NCBI GenBank assembly: GCA_034780895.1
Contig: JAUZTB010000057.1
Span: forward strand, 13,010,914-13,066,690
DNA from: Rhynchobatus australiae
Taxonomy: Eukaryota
Length of the DNA: 55,777 nucleotides
Direction: 5' to 3'
Shown: piece by piece, positions 48,123 through 55,777 of the stretch
Layout of the letters: every line of letters starts with the position of its first letter
Numbering within the stretch: position 1 is the first letter of the stretch
Program-made: the position numbers and the translations under genes
Notes under the pieces: model-generated
What the model was told of the DNA's origin: nothing
Seen by the model: only the letters and a program-made list of their open reading frames with translations
The model's database searches: none

Positions 48123-49814
48123 AGTGTATTGTAGTGAGAGAAATGTTCTACACTGGAGGATTGCACTTTCAGTGTTAGTATGGCCTTGGGCCTTCCCCAC
48201 TGTAACGGGAAGCTCAACAAACGCACTAATATCAAAACCACCTTGTTACCCCAATAACTAAACTTGTACAGGACCACGGTGAAATGCCGTTCCCGGCAGC
48301 AATTCTATCCTTCCCTGTGGAGGAAGGAAACTGTATCTCCTCATAAAGTGGTATCCCCTGCTCTAAGTGTGAGCACGACGCCTCAGTTAGTATCATAGCA
48401 AGGACAAAGCACTCACTGATTTCAATAGTCTTAATATCACAAGAATTCTTGCAAGAAACAAAGCTCACTAGCAAGTAGTGTTTATGGAAAGTGGAAGAGT
48501 TCTGTTCAGGACAATCTTCATATCTTCCACAATGAGGAAAAGGGCAGTGCTTTTTTGTTTTAAAAATGACTAACAACTTTTCAGAGGCTTTAGTCAGTCA
48601 TGGGAATACAGACCGGAGAAACTTGCATTGAGATTGGAAATCCCAGTTCACAGTGTTCATGTTCTCCAGCATTCCCAAAGAAAACTGGAACTTTTATAAG
48701 GGGATGAGAGAAGTGCTCAGTGTTCTTGGAACGTGCTACTGCTAAGCAAGTCTCCTCACCAACCATTAGGCCTTGAAAAAGCTTTTTGTTCGTGGGGTAT
48801 CTGTTCATCTTAATATGACTTACAAATCAAAAGAAAAATTCAAATTCCATCTTCTATTTGGGTCTACCATCCTCTACCATGCATAATGTTTCTATCTAAA
48901 ATTGTGATTGTCACTGAAATACATGTCATTTACAGCCTTTGGAATGAGTTCCTCAGGTTTATTCATTTATATGCAGCAAATAATAGGCACTCAGCAGTGA
49001 TTTCAAGGCAATAATCTCGTCAGCGGTTGAGCTGATAATCATAAACCACAAGAACAAAGGTCAAGTAGTTTATATGCATCATCAGGACAGCAAGATAAGA
49101 TTATTACCTTGTGATCAATCCCATGCAGCTACTATTGTTTAATGCCATATGTAGTGGAGGTGTTCTATTGTCTGACCTTTCTTTTTGTGTTGATATGTCA
49201 GTCTGGTACTGAGAAGTACTCCATTGTTGGAAGTGCCACCTTTCATAGAAGTATAGCATTAGAAGACCATTTATTCTATGTCCTGTGGCTTCTCCTCCCC
49301 TGTGAGATGAAGGATTAACAGCTGAGAACTAGTTTGGGCAGCTGAAGGCAAATGTCAGTCAAGTCTGGCATTTGAACTGGCAACACCCTGGTATTGAAAG
49401 TGTGACACACTGCTGCCAAAGCTGGCTGTAACCCTTAGAAATCAGTAATTTGAATTATTGACTTCTTAGTTCATGGTTCATAAAATTAGAACAAGAATAG
49501 ATGTGACTGATCAATGAAGACGCGTTCATCCTTCCTTCACATTTAATAACCTCATTTACAGTCTTACAACAGACAAGTGCAGAACATGGCTCGCCTTTCA
49601 TAACTTGCAATGTAATCTGTGTGTGTAATTGTCATTTGTCTTCTGTTTCCTGCTGGAAGCATATCAACAGCAACCTCTCTTTGTTGCAAGATGGGGCCTT
49701 TTAACAGCAAGACTGTTCATCTGCTGCCTTGTAATTATTTATCTTTAACATTCCACAGACTTTTAAACCAATTCAGAATTGAACTGTTTGTACTTTTACA
49801 CCCATTGAGTGTGA

Positions 49815-50020
49815 ATTTAATTTAGTATAATTGGCAAAAGAGCCAGTGGAGAATTTTATTTTGTGGAGCGAACTATTAGATCAGGACTTCGTGGTCTAAA
49901 AGGGTGGCGGAAGGAGATTCAGATTTGAAAGTGAACTGGATGTATGGAAGAAAATTGCAGGGCTCTGGGGAACGAGCAGGGGAGTGGGAACATTTGGAGG
50001 ATTCTTTTGAAATTAGCAAG
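49815..50020 (+). mobile_element. Old CR1 3' fragment
   Basis: AAAAGGGTGGCGGAAGGAGATTC...GAAAATTGCAGGGCTCTGGGGAACGAGCAGGGGAGTGGGA. Confidence 0.65.
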
Positions 50021-50039
50021 GATTCAGAAAGCAGGATTC

Positions 50040-50948
50040 CTTTGCGGATGATGAGAAAACTGGTGGTGTGGATAGTGAGAAGGGTTGTCTAAGGCTGCAA
50101 CAGAATATAATGGAAAGTTGGCTGGAAAATCCGCAGATGGAGTTCAATCCTGACGATGGAGAGGTGGTTTATTTTGGGAAGTCATACAGGGGTAGGGCAT
50201 GTATAGTAAATGGTAGAGCACCAAGGAATGTTAATGAACAAAGGGATTGTGGGTTCAAATCTATAGTTCCCTGAAAGTGACAACACAGGCCAATGTGGTG
50301 GTGCGGAAGGTCTGTGGCATGCTTGCCTTCATAGCTTGGGGCAATGAATATAGGAACTGGGATGTTATTTTGCAACTTTACAAAACACTGATGAGGTCAC
50401 ATCCGGATTAATGTGTGCTGTTCTGGTTGCCACACTGTAGGAAGCATGGGATTGTGCTGGAGAGAGTGCAGAGGAGATTCACCAGGACGTTGCCTGGATT
50501 GGAGGACTTTAGATGTGGGGAGAGATTGGATCAGCTTGTTTTCTCTGGAGTGAAGGAGGCAGTGAGATGACCTGATAGCAGTGTGTAAGATTATGGAAGG
50601 TATAGATAAGGTAGATAGTCAAAATCTTTTTCCCATGGTAGGGGTATCAAGGATAAGAGGGCATAGGAGTAAGGTGAAAGAAAGGAGTTTTAAAGAAGAT
50701 CTTCTGGGTAAGTTCTTTTACACAGAGAGTGGTTGAAATCTGGCATGTGCTGCCAGAGGAGGTGATGGAATCAAATGCAATTACAATGTTAAAGAGGCAT
50801 TTAGACAGACACTTAAACAGGCAAGATATAGAAGGATATGGTCCTAATGTGGGCAAAAGGGATTAGCGTAGATGGGTAAAAAAGTTGTCATGGATGTGGT
50901 GGGCCCAAGGTCCTGTTTCTGTGCTGCACAGCTCTATGAATCTATGAA
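50040..50948 (+). mobile_element. CR1 LINE, RT 3' half plus 3' UTR (frameshifted)
   Basis: FADD, DSEKGCLRLQQ..QMEFNPD..EVVYFG, LQLYKTL, LERVQRRFTR; 3' end CCTGTTTCTGTGCTG...CTCTATGAATCTATG. Confidence 0.95.
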
Positions 50949-51000
50949 AGGTACAGGTGGCACCAGCAATCGACTTCCATCTGTGCTGGATGGCTCAATT

Positions 51001-51160
51001 TACAGAGTCACGGAGTGATATAGCATAGAAACAGGCCCTTTAGTCCCCTGAGCCAACACCAAACATCAAACACCCATGTACACTAATCCTACATCAATCC
51101 CATTTTATTCTTCCCGTATTTCCCCCAGATTCCACCACTTACCTCCACATTTGGGGCAAC
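51001..51160 (-). mobile_element. HE1-type SINE 3' half with a CR1 tail
   Basis: AGCATAGAAACAGGCCCTT (reverse CR1 tail), then TTCCCGTATTTCCCCCAGATTCCACCACT, similar to positions 1-50. Confidence 0.7.
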
Positions 51161-52289
51161 ATAGTGACTTACTCCATGACAGCACAGTATTACTCATTTG
51201 AATTATCAAGTATCCATTCTGTCCCAAGGATTCTAGGCGACTAGAACCCTTATCTAAACACATTAACCGAAAAATTATCTCACAATGTAATTGTTTTAAG
51301 CACTGTACAATTTACTTTCATCAAAGCCCTGATTGCATGTGCAGGTTGTATTCTGTCATGTATGATGCCTTGGACCTTGTGTGTGATACAATATCAGATC
51401 ACTGGGGCTTTACTTTTCAATTCACTTCTTCATGTATGGAAGAACTTCTAATCCATTACATCATGACCTTTTTCTCCAGCAAAACAATGTTAAAAGGGTC
51501 TGTTTGTATTATTTCTATGAATGCCACTCATAAATCTATTGCTGCAAATGACACTAACTATTTACCATGGTGGAGCTACTCTGAGGAAATTTATTACCTT
51601 AATCAAACTGGATTGGTGCCAAATCAGAAGAAATTACAATTGGATCAGACATATTTTACTGGAGCTAACTTTTTCTATATTTTTATTCAAATATTTTGTC
51701 CCATTTTCAATTCATCGGGAATTAATAAAGAAGAAAAAAAATAATCAAATGTACTAAAAATCTAAAATTAATATAGAAGTGGAGAACAGGTCACTGATGA
51801 TCTGAAAGAGAGGTTAATGATATGGATAGAATTTTCAAATTATTGAAATTCAGGAAGAAAGATACCAGAATGTCTATACACCTCAAAGTATAGGAGATTA
51901 CCAGTTATGTAATTAAACATCAATGTCCATCACTGAAATCTGAAGGACAAGATTGAGCTAGATGGCACCAGTTTCTGCAAGTTATTAGTGCCTGTAAAGC
52001 AGCAAAATGGCATCCATGATATCCATGTGATTTGTGGGTGAATTATAGCAGACACCACACCGTTTGATATCCACCAGAGATCTGCAAATGAGATAGATTA
52101 TGATGTCAATCAGCTTGTCTTTATGAAGCTCAGCTAACACCTTCTCTCTTCCTCACACAACTGAGCATGCCTTCAGCAGCAGGAAGCTACTTAAAGACGT
52201 TATCCATTATCTACAGGTTAGTTGCTGATTGAATTCCTTGGGCTATTGATGGGGCTCTATAAGCATTTGATACTTCCAAAAGAATTCAA

Positions 52290-52700
52290 AAAGTGATGGA
52301 ATTGTTAGAGCACATAAAGAGGCCATTTGACTGACTGAGTCTGACACTTTACCAGTTAGTTTCATTACTCAGCTCTTCCTAGAAGCACTGCAACATTTTT
52401 CCTTCAAGCTTATCCAGTTCCTTTTTCGAAGCTACGATTGAACCTTCTTTCACTATTCTATCAGAGAGTGAATTCCAGATCACAAATAGTCACTGAACAT
52501 TGCTTTTCCTTTAGACACTTTAGTTTAATTACTTCAAACCTGTGGCCGTTGGTACTTGTGGGAACAGTGACTCTTGTTCACCTTGTCTAAGGTCTTTCCA
52601 ATGTGACCACTTCAGTCAAATCCCTGCTGAACCTTTTCTTGCTCCAGGAAAAGCACTCCTATCTCCTCCAGTCTATCCACCTAACTGAAGTCCTGACCTT
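52290..52700 (-). mobile_element. Old CR1 3' fragment
   Basis: AAGAGGCCATTTG, TATCCAGTTCCTTTTTCGAAG, GAATTCCAGATC, CTTGCTCCAGGAAAAGC...CTCCAGTCTATCC. Confidence 0.75.
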
Positions 52701-53345
52701 CGGTGCCTTCAATGTATCAACACCATCGGCCAAACCCAGTGTTTAAATCAAATTTAGTTGAGTAGTCATTCTATTTTGCAACCAAAAGTCAACAAATCAC
52801 CCCTGTGCATTCTTTTGTCTTCTGTGTGATCTTGCTCGCTGCAATGCTTCTACGCACGGCTCTCCCAGTAATTTCAGCGTGGCTTCTGGAAGGCTGCAGC
52901 TGGTCCTGGAGGTTGACCACAAGCAGCTCTAAGTATCAAAGGCTTAGTCGTGGACTGCTTATTGAGCATCAGGCAACACCAAAAGCAGTAGAAGAGTGGC
53001 TGTAATTGGGATCCTGATTGTTGTCGTGCTGAGAGAGTGCAGCAGGATTGCTTTCCACAGAGCCACTGACCCTTCTCCAGGTCAGGGCCCCAACGATCCA
53101 AATAATTGGTTGGCGGACAGCTTGCCGAACTGCTGCGACAGCATACGAGCTGCTTTGCTCTCTGCTGATGACAATCATAGCAGTAGCAGTTTGTTCTTGC
53201 ATGGCAGCAGGCATACCTTGCACAACACCTGTCTGAGTTACTGCAGTTGCGTTTAGTGGCTATTGCATGGAAGCTATGAGATGGGCCATCATTTGCTGTG
53301 TCATGGTTGGGATGTAAGTGTGCAGTTGGCTGCATAATGCCGTTG

Positions 53346-53806
53346 TTCATAAGGATGATCCCGCGAATGAAAAGCTTAACATATGAGGAGCGTTTGATGG
53401 GTCTAGGCCTGTACTCCATGGTGTTCAGAAGGATGAGGGGGGGATCTCATTGAAACCTCTCAAATACTGAAAGGCCTAGACAGAGTTGACATGGAGATGA
53501 TGTTTTCATTAGTTAGAGAGCACAGCCTCAGAATAAAGGAACGTCCCTTTAGAACTCAGATGAGGAAGAATTTCTTCAGCCAGAAAGTGGTGAATCTGTG
53601 GAACTTGTTGCCACAGGTGGCTGTGGAGGCCAAATCACTGGGTGTATTTAAGGCAGAGGTTGATAGGTTCTTGATTGGTAAAGGTGTTGAGGGTCACAGG
53701 GAGAAGGTGGGAAAATGGGAATGAGAAAATGAAATCAGCCATGATCGAATGGCAGAGCAGACTCAATGGGCAGAATGGCCTAATTCTGCTCCTATATCTT
53801 ATGGTC
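53346..53806 (+). mobile_element. Relatively young CR1 3' fragment nested in the Myb/SANT gene
   Basis: RMIPRMKSLTYEERLMGLGLYS..RRMRG and MRKNFFSQKVVNLWNLLPQVAVEAKSLGVFKAEVDRFL; ends CCTATATCTTATGGTCT. Confidence 0.95.
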
Positions 53807-54080
53807 TAATACTAGAGGGCATGCATTTCAGGTCAGGGGAGTAAGTTCAAAGGAGATGTGCAGGACAAGTTTTTGACACAGAAAGTGATAGGTGCCTGGA
53901 AAGCGTTGCCAGGGGTGATACTGGAGGCAAATACGATAGAGGCATTTAAGAGGTTCTTAGATAGGCACATGACTAGATAATGGGTGGTTTTGGACATTGT
54001 GTAGGCAGAAGAGATTGGTTTCGTTAGGCGTTTAATTAATTCGGCACAACCTGTTCCAGCTGTACTGTTCTATGTCTCTA
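53807..54080 (+). mobile_element. Second CR1 subfamily 3' fragment directly abutting the first
   Basis: ACTAGAGGGCAT (TRGH), AWKALPGVILEANTIEAFKRFLDRHM, tail TGTACTGTTCTATG. Confidence 0.9.
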
Positions 54081-55519
54081 TCTATTATGGCTACTTGAAT
54101 GCTAGACCACTCTGCAAAAAGAGTTGTATCAGGACAATGCTGGACAAGACTGGAGCTGGTACTCCTTGACACTAAATTGGCAGGCTTACTGGCAGGCATC
54201 CCAGTGCATCAAGCACTTCATTCTGAAAACCCATCAGCTTTCTTCTCTACTCTGCCTCATTGAAAGGCTCATCTGAGTTCTCAGAGGTGACACTTGTGTG
54301 ACCTCACCCTCCAGATAATTGGCACCTCTTCCATCTGTCACTGCTACATGTCCCAACACAGACAGATCCCATCTCTAAATTACAAGCAGTGCCAATTTCC
54401 AAAGTAAGGTGTGAAATCGATTGGCCTTTTATCTTCAATATCCCCTGTCTGCCTGCTATTCTTCCACTATCTGGACAGGCTGTGACACTTGAGTCGCTGA
54501 AAGAAGAAAGTGGCTGGGGAAGAGGGAGTGGTCAGGGGATTGGGTTCTGATGGCAGGTTTGAGGGGCAGATGGAAGAGGTGGTGGAAAGTAAGAACAGGA
54601 TAATTACACGATCTTCAGTTGTAAGTCGGGACTGATTGTAGGATGAGGAGGTGGTGGGATGTGAGAAGGAGAATTAAGTATACCTTATATACATATAATC
54701 GTCTGTAATTTTGCCCCCCCACACACCCCACCACTGGCTCCTGTCTCATCAATGGGTATTCTAATAATGGTCAGCAGAGGGGTTATGACTGGTAAGCCCA
54801 CCCATGTGTACCTCTAGTTGTGTGAGAGGGAAGGGTACGAGCCTCAAGCATTCTGTGTTGACTGTGTAAATCAGTGACATGACTGTANNNNNNAGTCAGA
54901 GCCTGAGAATGTTGAGTCCTGATCGATAAGAACGTAATGGGGCTGTAGTGATGCAAGCAATGTCTGAGCAATGCCTCTGCCTTTGGCATTTGTGTTCATT
55001 GACTTTGACACTCCTAGGAGGTCATTGAACTTCTTGTGGCACTGTATATAGGGACTCGGGGCTTGACCTCCAGATCTTTCTGTTCCTGTTGCCTTCTGTG
55101 CATGTGTCCAGAGGGCTTCCTGAGCCCTTGAGCGACCGGACATCTGTCCTGCTTTTCACCCAGGACACCACACAGCCCCATGTTTTCCCATTTTTTAATC
55201 CTTCTATGTTAGATAGACTTGTAGGATGCCAGCCTAGAGCTGACTACAATGCACCTCCCCTTTCTATAACCAGCCACTCAGGACATTACCTCCTGCCGAT
55301 GCATTCAGCCAATCAACGGCATGGTTAACACTGTCTGTGTGCTGAAATCATTTAATGAACAGGCAGCACAAATTTGACATTCTATCTGCATTGCAATCAA
55401 TGGACATGAGTTAATCGTATATCATGTTGCCTGTGCATTTTTTCAGAGGCTATCACACTTTGTCACCGGGGAGTTTTAGTTAATCTTCATCCCTCAACCA
55501 ACCAGACTTTTAAAAAAGA

Positions 55520-55700
55520 TTACAAGTTATCTGGGCAGTAACTCAATGCTCTTTGCAGGAGCTTGCTGAATACAAATTGGCTGCTGCTTTATCTTAATTA
55601 CAATAGCATCTCCACCTTAAAAGTATTTCATTGCTTATAAAACACTTTGTGATATCTTAAGGTTCTGGAAGGCATTTTAGAAATGCGATTCTTCCTTCCA
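55520..55700 (+). mobile_element. Deu-SINE (SacSINE1-like) 3' part
   Basis: GGAGCTTGCTGAATACAAATTGGCTGCTGC...AAAAGTATTTCATTG...AAACACTTTG...GAAGGCATTTTAGAAATGC. Confidence 0.8.
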
Positions 55701-55777
55701 TCAGCAACACATTTTTTTACATAAATCAGGGTGATGGTTGTGGGGGGGGGGTTGTGTTTTTATTTGTGATCTGTTAA

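Larger units (their letters stand above)
52800..55200 (-). pseudogene. Decayed multi-exon Myb/SANT-like DNA-binding gene of a PIF/Harbinger element
   Basis: The minus strand gives VKSRTDV..QGLRKPSGHMHRRQQEQ..EV / IQCHKKFNDLLGVSK (55160-55005) and LLTIIRIPIDETGASGG (~54780-54725). An acceptor CTTTCTTCTTTCAG near 54500 is followed by SENSDEPFNEAE*RRKLMGFQNEVLDALGCLP. The gene resumes beyond the CR1s as QEQTATAM...GSVESNPAALSQHD. It has multiple stops and frameshifts. Confidence 0.7.

Noticed and set aside
48649-48687. RSS-like CACAGTG with a 22/23-nt spacer
   Set aside because: The nonamer matches only 5-6 of 9 and there is no V/D/J segment adjacent.
51337-51744. 135-aa + ORF
   Set aside because: AT-rich with no motif; consistent with a chance ORF.
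52874-53419. 181-aa Cys-rich minus-strand ORF
   Set aside because: It is a chimera of antisense CR1 and an off-frame reading of the Myb/SANT fossil.

Overview
A 55.8-kb AT-rich, CpG-poor stretch of vertebrate genomic DNA from a gapped short-read-style scaffold. The repeat content (V-SINE/HE1-type, Deu-SINE, CR1, L2 and Penelope-type remnants) points to a cartilaginous fish, probably a batoid; this is an inference from recalled repeat families. I found no recognisable host protein-coding exon, RNA gene or intact element. The six-frame ORFs are chance ORFs, N-gap artefacts or TE debris. The window reads as intergenic or intronic DNA full of decayed elements. It holds many 5'-truncated CR1 and L2 LINE pieces and several SINE families, including an LF-SINE-like copy. 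It also holds two decayed Ty3/gypsy remnants (about 0.6-1.3 kb +; about 39.3-42.5 kb -) and a decayed, intron-containing Myb/SANT gene of PIF/Harbinger type (52.8-55.2 kb -) split by nested CR1s. The most interesting structure is a set of short fold-back (palindromic) Penelope-derived inserts with hammerhead-like cores, one with a clean 14-bp target-site duplication. Four of the six 100-N gaps are also flanked by 8-17-bp direct repeats. I cannot support a clearly new biological system. All family names come from recalled consensus motifs, not database searches, and most boundaries are approximate.
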